Below, one piece after another: positions 24,111-36,628 of a stretch of DNA of 64,000 bases. A model generated the notes under the pieces. It searched no databases and was not told where the DNA came from. It saw only the letters and a list, made by a program, of their open reading frames with translations. The position numbers were made by a program, and so were the translations under genes. The stretch lies in NCBI GenBank assembly GCA_000182565.2, contig KQ257454.1; one strand, 5' to 3'. This stretch comes from Spizellomyces punctatus DAOM BR117. Its lineage: Eukaryota. How positions within the stretch are numbered: the first letter of the stretch is position 1; every line of letters starts with the position of its first letter.

Positions 24111-25120
24111 TGTGGAATGGTTGGCTTATATAGATCTTTAGTTTGCGATGAGTATTCCAAAGTGCTCTTTTGTGTTTTGTTTTTCTGAAAACGTGACGAA
24201 GTGGTGCGATCAGCGAATACACAATCTTGTTTTTTTGTTGTAATTTAATGGTTGTCTGAAGTGTTATAGCGGCGTCTGTTCTGTTTTCGGTATCTCGCTT
24301 GATGTTGGCTGGGGGTCTGAGATATATTACAGCTATTGCGAGAAGCTTGTGAATCATCAATTGTGTTCCGCCGGGGTAGTAAGTAAGCCCTTTGCCTGCT
24401 TTCCCGTTGTTCTATCTAGCATATGTGTGGTCGACATGGTTTAATGGCATTAAAAACAGCTCGAGTATGCTTGACGACGCAAGTGCACTTCGGGCAGCAC
24501 GGCCCATGTGTGATGTCGAAAAAGGACTATGAGATCTCACTCTGGATAGCTAATCTAATCGGGAAGATGGTGGTAGGTGGGCACACATTTCCCTTGGCCA
24601 TGACAACAACGTAGTGGCAACAAGATCAATCACAGCAGATCCATATAACAGGTCTTTTTTTGCAGCTTGCTATCGCATTTAGTGGGATGTGCAAAGTAGA
24701 TGATTGCCATATGTATTCCACTTGGGACAACAACTCACATCTGCGTTTGTCTGCGGATCTTAAGTTTTCAAAAAGGTTACTGGTTCGTTTCGTCCGCAAT
24801 TGCTAAAACAAAGTGGTAATCATAGTTTCATCGCAGGTTTGTTTATATTCTAAAAGACCTATTTCACGTCAAGGCTTACACGACGTCCATGCATGGGGCC
24901 CACACACCAAAATGTTGCTTCTGTAGTATACAAGAATCTGCACGAAAGGCTTGCATTCTACCTGGACACAAAAGATAAGAATATGGCGCTCCTTGACTAG
25001 CATTTTGGTAATAGAAACCGAAGTTGATCGAGCGAATGCCAGATGGGTGAGGTAAGCCACGTCCCCGCCACCTCCGCCATGCCATCCTTCCAGATCTTGC
25101 AGTGAACATCACACAATAAA

Positions 25121-26412
25121 ATGTCTGAGGACATTTACACATTCCGCCATTTGCAAGACAATGAGGTCGACGCTTTCCTCAATCATTTGGTGTCAGTCTT
25201 TTCGTCGCGGCCTGGTGGTGTACCGAAAGGCCTTTTCGCGGACCATTTTTTGAACGATCCCGACCGTGACCTTGAAGGCATTCGCGTCGCGGTTCATCCC
25301 GGAAATGCGTTGAAGAAGGATGAGGTATGGCGGGGACTATACTATCAATGTTCAGAGCAGTTACTTGTCGTCGAAAGCCGTTATTCACTACTGCGTAGAT
25401 TGTGGGAACAGTTCGTGTCTACCGTCGCACGCTAAACCTCGGTCCTTTTGGTAAACTCTCGTGCGGCGCGATAGGCGACGTTGGAACGTCTCCAGCTCAC
25501 GGTGGCAAGGGAATCGCCTCACGACTCATGCGAGAAGCAGAGGCGTATATGATCGATCGGGGCATATCCGTAGCTGTCCTCCACACTGGATCTGCAGCAA
25601 AGCTGTATGCCAAGCTTGGATGGTGTACCTGCCCGATGCGGATGAGTACCTTGTCCTTTGAAATAGGTGAACTGAAGATCGGAGTAGAGAAATGGATGCG
25701 GTATGCGCGACCCGTGAATGTCGAGCGCCGAGCAGATGTTAGTTTGATGCGACTGCTACATGAAAAATTTGCCCCCGTTGGCAGCTTTGTTCGATCTGAA
25801 GCGTACTGGAGGGAGTGGGTGAGCGCAGATCCACAGGACACCCGGCGGAAACTTGTCAGACATGTTTTGGAAGCAAGTGTAGACGGAAAGGTTGTACAGG
25901 CATACATGTTCCTGGACATCTCAACACTTGCGGTGCAACAACTTCTGACGTCGGGGAAAGCGGAAACCCCCGTGGTTTCAACCGTACGGGAGTTCTTTGT
26001 GGGTCGTGTTGAAGGGGGTACTGTATCGACTGTACCACGAGAGCAGTTTGTTGGAATATTTGGCGCGCTGCTCTTGGCTGGTGTCAATACCATATTTGAT
26101 GAGAGCATCATTGTTGATTCCATGCAGCTAAAAGTCACCTTCCCGGCCATTCTGATGCCAGAAGCTGCCATGGATGCAATCCGCGATGCTGATTTGTACG
26201 ATTGGTTGGCACCACAGAAACGAGTTTTTTACGAAGACCTGGGGTGGATGTGGAAAGTATTGAGGCCATTCGAGTTGGTCTCCCATGAGGAAACATGCAC
26301 CATTACCTCCAACGAGGAATTGGTTCAGAAACTGAAAAATCCCATCAGCATCCTTTCAATTAATAGCGGTCCGATTAACCCCTATGGATTCCTGAAAACT
26401 GACGACTTTTAG
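25121..26412 (+). CDS. GNAT-family (Eis-like N-terminal domain) acetyltransferase, two exons
   Basis: Intron at about 25326-25399. HFLNDPDRDLEGIRVAV...IVGTVRVYRR...GAIGDVGTSPAHGGKGIASRLM (acetyl-CoA motif A)...LYAKLGW, followed by FVRSEAYW. Confidence 0.85.
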
Positions 26413-26605
26413 AATTAGCCTAAATGTCCACATAACCACATTTAGTTTAGCTTCATGTACATACGCTAGGTTGAATTGAATTATATTTCGTAAACGATAA
26501 AAGTATGTCTATATATTTGCACTCGTCAAATCCGTCTATGTTCCATGTCCGCGCCATCAAAAGGATGATGCTAGCGGCTTTATACAATAAGCAACAAACC
26601 GCCTC

Positions 26606-27865
26606 TCAGGCTTGCTGCAATTTAACTTCCTCCCCATCGTCTCCAGTTCCTCGTCCACGTGTCCATGCTGCAATCTTTTGTCCATACACAGCGGGTATCA
26701 GGGCCAACGCCGATATGCTCAGCAACTTCAGGACGACATCAATACTTAGGATGTCGGCAAAAGAATTGAGCTGGCTTAAAGTAGCGGCGGCTTGAACACA
26801 AATATAATTATACGGTATCAGGCCTATTTGCACATGGAAATGCAGTTAGCGGGCAGTCGACAAACTCGTTGCATGCGAGAGTATCTTTCCAAATACATAC
26901 CAAAGAATATGGAAAGGAAGAATGGCAGAATCGGTACGCCAACAAATGGACTCGCCATATTAAGAAACCTGTCATGAAAATCATAAGTCACATTGCTATA
27001 CGCCTTCTGCTCAATAAAGATGATCACGAACCAATTTGGAGAAAAGGGAAAGAGGCGCAAAAATAACAGATAATAGAATAGATTTCCTTTCTCCCGGTTT
27101 GTTTCTACCCTTCGCTTTAGGTAGTTGAGATTCGACCGGGCGAACCGTTCCACGATCAACTCTCCCAGGAGATATTGAGAAAGCAAATACGAAAATGTCG
27201 ACCCTACTGCTGTAAGGAACGATACGAGAGGGAAGGCCCAAAAACCATACAAGACGCCACCGAGAATATTCTTTCCGTGCGGATTCAGTACATTTCTAAC
27301 GAAATGCAAGGTTGATAGTGCATCAACTTACCATCAAGGCCGACCCGGGGACCGCAAACGTTTGCTTAAACACGAATACGGTAGTGAACAAAATGAATAC
27401 AGGCATAAAGTGCGCTGCAGAATATGATTGTCTGCAAAGAGCAAAACACCAAAGAAATTGACCAATATTAGCGATCCGAACGAGTGACAGCTGATAAAGC
27501 TCGGCTGATACGTACAATAGAACTGATTGACTCTTTAGATCGTCGAGGCTCCTTGGAATATGTATGTCATCCTCTGTGGCTGGCAGATTAACGGCAAGAC
27601 GCCAAATGACAAATGCCCAGCCAAAGAGGACACCAGCGAGCATGCTCAATCGGACAGTGAGGAGCGATCGCTTGCCAGCCCTTCTTCGATTGTTACGGAT
27701 ATCAGCGGGACCAGGAAGTAGCATTTCGTTCTCTTTCAAAGCTTGGGGAAAAGGAGATGGTGCAGATGCCGGACGGGTGTCAAAAAGGGATGGTGCGGAA
27801 ACGTCGATGGCAGAGTCCTTTAAGGCGGTGTATGATGCTCGTCTTGCAAGCTTGACACCGGCCAT
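26606..27865 (-). CDS. TMEM41/Tvp38 (DedA/VTT, SNARE-associated) membrane protein
   Basis: IPRSLDDLK, FKQTFAVPGSALMNILGGVLYG, LTAVGSTFSYLLS, YLLFLRLFPFSPNWFLNMASP, GLIPYNYICVQA. Confidence 0.9.
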
Positions 27866-28871
27866 TGCGGGTTACCGATAGTGTCGAACGCGTTGTGCGC
27901 TGCAGCTTTGAAGCTGAGGGCAGAATGGCAGTGTATATAGTATAGAGATAGGACGAGCTGCCACTGCGCTTCCTGATGTACCATCCACAAAGGGGCGATG
28001 CAGGTGTAAGCTATCTCACGAGAGGGTATTTCAATAATGCCCAGTAGGAAATGTAGAATAGAAGGTTGACGGATTGCAGTAATACTGAAGGGCTCTTTAA
28101 AATAGAAAGCGAAATTGTATGAGGTTTTCGGAGGAGGATGCAAACCCAAATGGGAATCGAGTCAAAACGCTGATCTCACCCTTTCTTCAAAACTGTTTTT
28201 CACTCCGCTCTTCCAGTCCCGGGTTCAACGTTCTTCCTTTTCCGGTGTCGTTTCTTCCTTTCAAAGTTTTAAGCGCGCGCCCTCCAAAAATAAAAAAAAA
28301 AACACGCAAGGAAAACGTGAAGGAAGGAAGGAAGCTCGTCGGCCTGTGAAAAACTCCCCTCAGCCGGGGACTCCGATCAGAGCGCGCTGGATGACGTGTA
28401 AAAATTGTTATGGCAACCCGTGGCACAGTTCAGCATTTCAGCCGCTCGTTGCATCCCAACGCATTGCCAAAAGGCATTGCAAAACGATGATGGATTCTAA
28501 ACGCTGTCCATCCTAGAGCAATGGCCAAGTTTAACGGAAAACTCTTGGGTTCATGTGTTTAACATTATAAAGGTCCCTAAAGTTGCGTCCCCTATATACA
28601 TGGTTTTATAGTTTGGAGATTTTATTAAAGACTCCTACCGTTTGTATTCAAACGTCCCGCGGCAGTAACCGGACACGGTTAACAAGGGCGATCTTTGATT
28701 CGTATTGATAAGGATACAGTTGAAAACGGTAATGGAGAAAATCGCTGGCAACAGACGGTTTCCCCTGCTGGACAGCACCAACCTATGTATCTCGTTGGTT
28801 TAGATAGAGTTCTGATGAAATGATGCACATTGCCTTGCATATACCTTATTTACGGATGGTAACTCGTTGCT

Positions 28872-29845
28872 TCAAGGAGCAACCTGCTCCTCCAAGTCCT
28901 CCGGTTGTTCCGGAACGACACTTGTCGTATTGTATGGATCGTTTGCACTTCTCGATACGGAAATCCCGTATCCCTTTAACAGCCGCTTGATCGAGATCAG
29001 AAATACACAAGCAAACGTCATATGGAACGAAATGGTGGTGTAGCTCGCTTGAATCAATACCCTGCTCAGAGGAGTTTCCGCTACTCCACTAGCTGTATTG
29101 AAAATATAGACTATCATCGCTGTCCAACTCATTAGCACGAGGCCGACCATGGCGGAAATCGTTCGAATGTGCAGGCGGTTGTTGTCATCGAAATGTTCCG
29201 AGCGGGTCCCGCTTTTCAATTTCCGCAAGCGTATATACGTTAAAGAAGAGAGAATGGTGTCGGCAAGGAGAACATACAAGGCAAACACTGCGTTTGCAAT
29301 GCTGATGGCCGAACTGAGAGGATAGGGATCCGCTGAATCGATTGGCAGAGTACGTTGGTAGATCTCGCATGTCACTACTGTGGCGAATGTCCCCGTGAAG
29401 ACAACCAAGGTTAACTAGACAAGGGGGATGCACTATTCATTTTAGTTCAATCAAAGGACATTTGGCAAAAACGATAACTTACCCCGATCATCAACATGTC
29501 CCAGAAATTGCTATACCATCCCTGATTCACTAATCTGAAGCGAAACAGTAGCAGAAGAACATGTATCAAAATGCCCACCAAAAAAAACCCATCCGTGATG
29601 ATATTGAGTATTTGTTGATACCGGATATCGGATAGGCGGAAGGCACGGCAGATGTTCATAATGGTGAACATGAGGATAAGAACTTGTTCGATCGCAAGAC
29701 CCAAAGTAAACACTGTGATTTGACAACAAAGCCGCCAACACGTGTATATGCAATTGCATGCTTGAACAACGACCGCTATAATGGCGAGTACCAAGAGTGC
29801 AGTGTCGTATGGTGGAGGGAGCGGATCCGTGGGCGATAAGCTCAT
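28872..29845 (-). CDS. Orphan ~7-TM membrane protein (GPCR-like topology), two exons
   Basis: ORFs 29447-29845 and 28872-29408 are joined by a gtaagt..tag intron. About seven hydrophobic segments, LLFRF at the end of TM3, D-x-I-L-S in TM5, and a short acidic tail. Confidence 0.6.
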
Positions 29846-31796
29846 GATCCGAGGTCGGCCTGAATGGCAACCTGCAGGATCCCCGGAAGAGACGACGGGG
29901 CACGTACTCAGAACCTCTTCAAGAACCGCTGAACGCTGTCGTCAGCATCGATCACGGGTAGTTGACATGCAAAAATAGCGAAATCTTCTTTGCGACGTGG
30001 ACCCGAGTATTTCGAATGGCCAAATACTGATATACTGATATACGAGGAACTCTATTTTCCAGTTTGGGTTGCTCAAGCAATAATCTGGTAGTATATCACC
30101 ATAGCAAGAGGCACGAACGGGGGTGCCTGAAGTGGCTGGCAAACTCCGGCAACTATTCAAATCACAGTGCACTGCATTCTGTCTCCCAGTGGAGTTTATT
30201 TCTGATGAAGGGTCGCCCTGGGGGTATACGTCATCAATAGCACAACCGGGAAATAAACTCGGAGTTTGCAACGAGTCTGGCTTGTTACAATCTTGTGAGG
30301 AATGACACAAAAAGAAATCTTTTGTAAACCTGCGCAGGCATATCCGCCGTCGATTTCCAAAAACGCGAACTCGAAAAGCCGACAATGTCTTTAGAAGATC
30401 GATGAGCTCTTTTGGGACACACAACGTCGCTATTCTGAATACTAAAGTATTTACAAATGCGAGAGACAAGCTGCACGGATCTCATGGCGGGTTTTCTTGC
30501 AGAATCACGCCATACTGTAGACATATTCAGGACTTTTTCTCGATGCATATGCAAGGATTACACCTTTCATTAAATACAAAGGTTAAGAAGATAACTCACA
30601 TGTTGATCAGTAACATCATCCTAATGAGATGTTAAATTGACACAAGATTTAGGCAACACCATGAAATATATTGATAACGTGGTTAGTATCCAGTTTACCA
30701 TTATTAATGGAGTACCTCTTAATAATAGACGCAAACGAGCAATAGATTCTTTGAGGGAAAACCTTTACAATTCAGATATCATGATACCGACCACAAGGCT
30801 ATATGAAATACTTGTATATATCTCAATCAGCACTGTGAATAACGATAACAAGCCTCGTTTGCCAGATCCCAGGAAACCGGCCGTAAAGGGGCCTCTTCCC
30901 TGAACTTAAATGTTAAACATATCATTGGAACTGAAAAACAGTTTACCTGCGCAACTGACCCAAAAAGCGACGCGAGCATCGGTGCCCGTGACCACTTTTT
31001 GAAGTCCCTAGCCCTAGTCCTCGGAAAGCCCGGGCTATGCTGTCCTGATAGATTGGCGCTGGGGAGGAATGGAGAAATGCCAGTGTGTCACGATGTTCGG
31101 CAACCTGAAGGCTGATGTTGCTAAAAAGATGGACCAGCGGCTATGAGGTGTGCGATATTCAGGGGACGTATGAGCCTATTAGTCCTATTGATTGGCATCT
31201 TTGTATTACACTAGCAGAAGAGGCCGGCGTCACGATCATCATTATTAAAAGAATAAACGACCCCACTCAGGATTCTGCAAAACCACCAATGTACTAGCGC
31301 CTTCGCGCCTCAACCCCGTCATTTAGGAATAGGGATCTAGATATACCTTTAAAGGGAGCGATAGGTGTGACATGAGAGAGCGGAGCAGTTTGACCTAGAG
31401 CAGAAGCAGGCGGGATATAACAATAATTGTGCATATATTGAATGGATTTATAGGCCCTGTACTGGGTATGAATGGGTAGAGTAATGCTGCATCAAATTGC
31501 CGTAGAATATCCAACGGCCAAATAACAAGGAAAAGCCAAAGGAAAAAGTCCGTCGGACGGGAGAGTTTGTCAGCATTGCGTAATCAAATCAGAATGTGAT
31601 TCGTGTCTCGAAACGGCCCCTTCAGTGTGCTGTCAACAACCGCGCCCTATTTTCTCTTGCTCATTTCTCATCCCTTGCGCCAATTAAAAATTCTGAATCT
31701 TGCCACGAAGCTTGCCCGTACTCGACTGCAAGGCCCACGTACAAACCTCTACTAGCCCGTTTTATATAAGACCCGTTTGGGCATTCTATTGCAAAC

Positions 31797-32798
31797 ATGA
31801 TGCATCAACGCCCGCCGACTTCGCCTCACGCATTCGGTTTCCGTCCAACTGACTCTCCTTTGCGCAGCAGTCGTAAACGGAAGCCGTCCTGGGACGACGA
31901 TGCAGGCTCTCCGGTCATGTCAGGACTGGGGTCTCCGTTCTCTCCTTTGACACCCTCGAAGAGGTTTCGGACCGGACCGTTGGACCAGACTCTTTTTCAA
32001 AGATTGCAGGCCATGCACAACTCGCACGAGCAACAGCAAGTGCAACCTAAAGAACCACAACAGCAGAACATCCCCCTTCCAGTTGAACGTTTGCTGAGTA
32101 GCTTAACGAAAGACCAGCTGGTCGGAATCATTTCGTCTTTAATTCAAAAACATCCTGTTCTCCAATCGGAAGTCTCCGAACTCGTCCCCCGCCCAACGCT
32201 CGCTTCTGTCGCTGCTCTGCTAAATCAAGCTGAAAAGTCGCTTGTGGAGGCCTTTCCATATTCTAAGCTTGGCCCAGAACGGTCAGACTACGCCTTCAAC
32301 CGTGTCCGGCCGCAACTCCAGGAAGTTTTACAGCTTATAATGCACTACCTCGATCACTTTGTCCGATCCGATTCATACCCATCATCAATGCACCACGATT
32401 ATCCTGCAACAGCATTTGGATACTTGCATCTTGCCACTGCATTGACGCACCGTCTTCCTGTTTGGCAAAATGATATTCACAACGAAGAAACGAAAGGGCA
32501 ACTCTACGCAAGACTGGGCAACGGATGGAGAGCAGCGGTCACCGAAGTTGGAAAATTTGTAAAGGAAGGAAAAGTATACGGAGCAGCTGCGGTTGGGGAA
32601 TGGGCCAGAAACTTGCATCAGCACTCTGCAGAGGTGAAAGGCGCATACGGTTTCGGAGAAGCTTTTGAAGAGTTCAAGAGTCATTTGGGTTGGCTGATTG
32701 GTCTATATCCGGCTGGAGAGGATTCTTCTGGTGCTCAAGGTCCTATGACCTTGAGTGGGGCATATTTTGCTGCCTTTCCCATGGCGGCGGTTGGCTAG
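31797..32798 (+). CDS. STS1: Nuclear proteasome tether Sts1/Cut8, single exon
   Basis: Bipartite NLS RKRK...KRFR, LPVERLLSSLTKDQL...HP.L, PRPTL, FPY...SDYAFNRVRP.L, HRLP.W. Confidence 0.9.
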   Translation: MMHQRPPTSPHAFGFRPTDSPLRSSRKRKPSWDDDAGSPVMSGLGSPFSPLTPSKRFRTGPLDQTLFQRLQAMHNSHEQQQVQPKEPQQQNIPLPVERLLSSLTKDQLVGIISSLIQKHPVLQSEVSELVPRPTLASVAALLNQAEKSLVEAFPYSKLGPERSDYAFNRVRPQLQEVLQLIMHYLDHFVRSDSYPSSMHHDYPATAFGYLHLATALTHRLPVWQNDIHNEETKGQLYARLGNGWRAAVTEVGKFVKEGKVYGAAAVGEWARNLHQHSAEVKGAYGFGEAFEEFKSHLGWLIGLYPAGEDSSGAQGPMTLSGAYFAAFPMAAVG

Positions 32799-33766
32799 CC
32801 ATGGTTGGGAGGATTGATTCGTAGACATGTGTAGATTGCGGTGCAAGGATGTTCATCATGGAATACGTATTATATTCGTGTACACGTTTGTTGATGCTGA
32901 GCTGCAGAGTTCATCCATTATCATAACGTTACCATCTACTTAACCGTCCTGCATGTCCACACACCCCACTGAAGGGCGATCAAGGCGGTCCCGCCCTGAC
33001 AATCTCTTTTTTAAACTCTTCAAAATCCACGTCCGTCCACTTTTCTGTTTCATTGGGAACTTGATAGTGGGCGATTATTTATACAGGACTCGAGAACGAC
33101 GAAAAAAATGCCCAGATTCATCACCCTACCTGTCTCAAACTCGTCGATGGAGGGTATATGTTCAGGGGGTATCTCCAAATCTGACGCATACTGGCATGTC
33201 AGGTTGCCAAAGTATGACCAACGACCCTGATAAAAACAGAAAGAAACAATACTAACCGTCGTCCGGGAGCACTTCGGTAGCCCAAGAAAAGTCCTCTCGA
33301 CTCAACTCAAGGATGGCGACATTTCCGTGTACATGCACTTGATAATGCCCGTCGGACTGCGCGAGAGACAGTTAGCGAAAGCTTTCAGGTAGAGGTCACT
33401 TAACGCTGCGGGTGGATGGGAGGCTTACCATACTACAGACGGGATCTGAGTCGTCTGCGGTACAACGTACTGCTGCCCCGTGGACAGGTAGGAGTTTAGC
33501 GCAGGAACTCGTTCCATGCTTACAAGACAGTTGAGGTTTGGGAAGTTGCTTGCATCTTCAGCATCACGTGTCGCGTCGTCGTCGTCTACTAAACTCTTCA
33601 GCGAATTCCGTCCTGTTGCTCACCTTGCAGATTTCTGCACTTTCTCCAAAGCTACATTCCTTTTTGAGATCCTTTCCTAGTTCGTTCTATCAGACACCTG
33701 TAGACCGCAGCGTCGCAAGCGTAGCGATCTTCCTTGATATCACCGGTTAAAGTATAGATCAGTCCC

Positions 33767-35165
33767 ATGGCGACCATCTCAAAACGACAACTGGATGAGA
33801 CACTAGCCGCTTTCGAGACTACCGTGTCCGGTGCCGATGCTACTGTCAAACTCAAGGACGATAAATTATTTGAGCGACTAAAAACCTTTAAAATATCCTA
33901 CTTTGTTTTGCATTTTTGGCCCCTGGCTCGTTGTTCAGTTATATGTAAAAGTGCTTAACTCTTCTTTACGAAACTACTTGGTTCGCAAAGTCAGATGATC
34001 TTTCTGCACCTGTCTGCGCCCGTTACGGATGGATTAACAGAGGATTAGAGACATTATACTGCCCAACGTGCGAGAACACGCTTGTGTGCGAGATCCCGGC
34101 AGAGGCGTCTCCAGAGGAAGGTTCGTGCAAAGATATTCCCATGCATACCCTGCCATGGGTGTGCCGATGTCGGTACAACCCACATCCCTGGGGTATACTG
34201 CTATTGCAAAATAATGAACAAAGATTCGCATCCGTAGTGTTGGCAAAGTCGAAAGAATACCGAGATAATCTGTTAACCGCCCATGGAGAGTCCTGCCCTT
34301 GGGCAATCCATCACTTGGATGGTATGTCATTTGATCGTCGCATGGGCGGTATGCGACATCTGATGGCCCTTGCACCCAGACACAGCATATCGATTGCCGT
34401 TGAGCTCTCCAGCGCATACCATCCAAGCATTCCGCAATCGGTACAAGGCGTTGTCACAACATCCACCGTCAATACCCAAAATCGTTTTTAATGAATCACA
34501 AGCTGGTAGATCTGTGAGTTGTCCCATAGCAGATATCGGCAGTCATGTGGAAGCTGATCCTTCGTTTTCGTTTTCAAAAGGTCAATGTCGATCTTTTACA
34601 TCAGAACTTGCACGTCGATGGCGACGAGTCAGAGGAGCTAACGAGGAGCTGCATTCTATTGGCATTGTTTGGGTGGGAATTTCCTAACGAGCAAGCTACC
34701 GATTTCCTTCAATGTCGACTGTGCGCGAGAATAGTGGGATTGTGGAACTATGATCATATTGTGACTTTAACCGATGCGGACTCTGCCGATCGCCGAAAGC
34801 GAATAAAGGTGGCACAGGATATCAGCGTGGAATTGCCGTCGCACTTCGACGTTTTGTGGGAACATAGGTATTGATCACCATCCAGCACATATTGAGCGAA
34901 ACTGACGATATGCTTTGGTGGTAGGTCATATTGCCCATGGATATGTACTCCGCCCGGAAGTGGTCAACAGAAACTGGGATGGATCGCAACACTTGATACT
35001 GTGTTGTCAGCAGGGAAACCAAACCGTTTATTGGCCCATATGCCTCCACCAATCCCAAAGGTAAGCAAGGATAATCAAAATATTAAATTATACGGAGACG
35101 CTACAGTGCAAACGCCCAACACACACAAGGTCACCCGAACAACGACTGCACTTGAATCAGCATGA
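33767..35165 (+). CDS. zf-C3HC protein (ZC3HC1/NIPA, Rsm1/Pml39 family)
   Basis: Spliced RLKTFKETTWFAKSDDLSAPVCARYGW...CPTC...AHGESCPW; second module LALFGWE...CRLCARIVGLW...FDVLWEHR..CPW. The first intron is AT-AC. Confidence 0.88.
33893..33969 (+). other. U12-type (minor spliceosome) AT-AC intron
   Basis: 5' splice site ATATCCTA, branch TGCTTAAC at 33952-33959, 3' end TTTAC. Removal restores the frame and the conserved W-F-x-K motif. Confidence 0.82.
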
Positions 35166-35269
35166 ACACCATATACGCATTCTTCCGTACTACAGGAAAC
35201 CCTTCGACTCGGCATTTGTACAATGTGAAGTAACCATTCTTTATCAAATCATTTTTTATGATTGACTTT

Positions 35270-36628
35270 TTACCCCTGGGGCTGGATCTGATGTTGTTGT
35301 TGCTGTGACGCTTGATTTTGCTGTTGCTGTTGGTGGTCACTATGCGATTGTTGAGCCTGTTGGGCCTGCTGAGCTTGGTGTGCTTGTTGCAAGGCTTGCA
35401 TTTGGTTTTGCAGCTGTTGAAGATAATATTGATGTTCTGCGGTCGAAGCCTCTGTTTGTGCGTGATGTTGCTGTTGCTGTTCTTGTGATGATTGGCTTTG
35501 ATGTTGCGCATGCTGGACATCCTCTTCGTGGTGGGCTTGGGCTTGTGAAGACTCCTCATCTCCGCCTTGTTGTTGTCGGATCATCTGCAGGCCCACCTGA
35601 TTACCCTGTTTCTCATTCGTGAGCTTGATTTGTTCATGTCGAGCAGCCTTGCAGAAAAACCCCTACCTGTGGATTCGCGAGCTGATATGCGAGCAACGCT
35701 TGCTGCTGTTCTGGAGGAAGACTCTAAAATGTACAAACAAAATGTTCAGCTCCTTTCAGAAAAGTCTTCAGTGGAACACAATTGATATTACCGCAAGGTA
35801 TTGTGTGGGATTCTGATAATATGCATACGTGGCCGGAAGATCCTGGTAAAACTCTGCGGTTGAGCGGACGATTGGGGTCTGTCGCAACTAATAGAAGTGC
35901 ATACCTTCATGACAGGCTTATTGATCTCATCGCGTGGTACTATGTCGATCAGAACTGATTTACGTCCGAAATTAGCATGAGGTTACACCTGGAAATCATC
36001 TACAAATGATCATATTCTTACAATCATACATATCCGCCTTGCTGATTGCCGTTGCCACATCGCTTTTTTGTAATGTTCGTCGTTTGTGTTCCTCCGTATG
36101 AATCCATGACCGCATCGTGAGTTCAAGTATGAATATCTCGCATGCTTTAGAAAATATCATTGGGGCTTCCGCACTAATCATCTGCCACGTCCATATGTCA
36201 ATGTGGATTTAAGGAAAGACCGCAATAGATTGGCGTTTCAAGAGCTTACCATAGTCTAGAGACGCAAATGGTGTGAGTAACACTGGAAGCGAAGAAAGAA
36301 TATCCGAGTCTTCACTAGGCATCACCTTTGCATCTTCATCCGCCTTCATGACCTTCTTTACTCTAGCTAAAGGGAGTTGGTGGAACTTGAAATCCAACGG
36401 GCCGTGTTCAATATCCGCAATTTGTTGCTACAAAAGACAAAGAGTCAGACCATCTAGTTCAGGTTCGCACCGCTTCGGGTTGTTTGCTCAGGTTACCTGC
36501 CAGAATGACTGCATCATTTCTTGTATTTGCTGTGACGTTGCTGTACTCGGTCCTCCCGCTGCCCCTGATTGGTCTGAACTACCCTGCCCACCATCGCTAG
36601 ACGAGTTCGTTGGTGCTTGGTCGGTCAT
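35270..36628 (-). CDS. HAP5: CCAAT-binding factor subunit NF-YC/Hap5 with a Q/H-rich tail
   Basis: FWQ...[61 protein letters not shown]...[12 protein letters not shown]. Includes a probable 6-nt micro-exon at 36250-36255. Confidence 0.93.

Noticed and set aside
28872-29845. Possible rhodopsin, since zoosporic fungi have opsins
   Set aside because: No retinal-binding Lys within the last TM helix and no type-1 or type-2 opsin motifs.
29942-31300. Several 60-175 aa ORFs between the 7-TM gene and STS1
   Set aside because: No motifs, no coherent splice model, and atypical composition; treated as intergenic.
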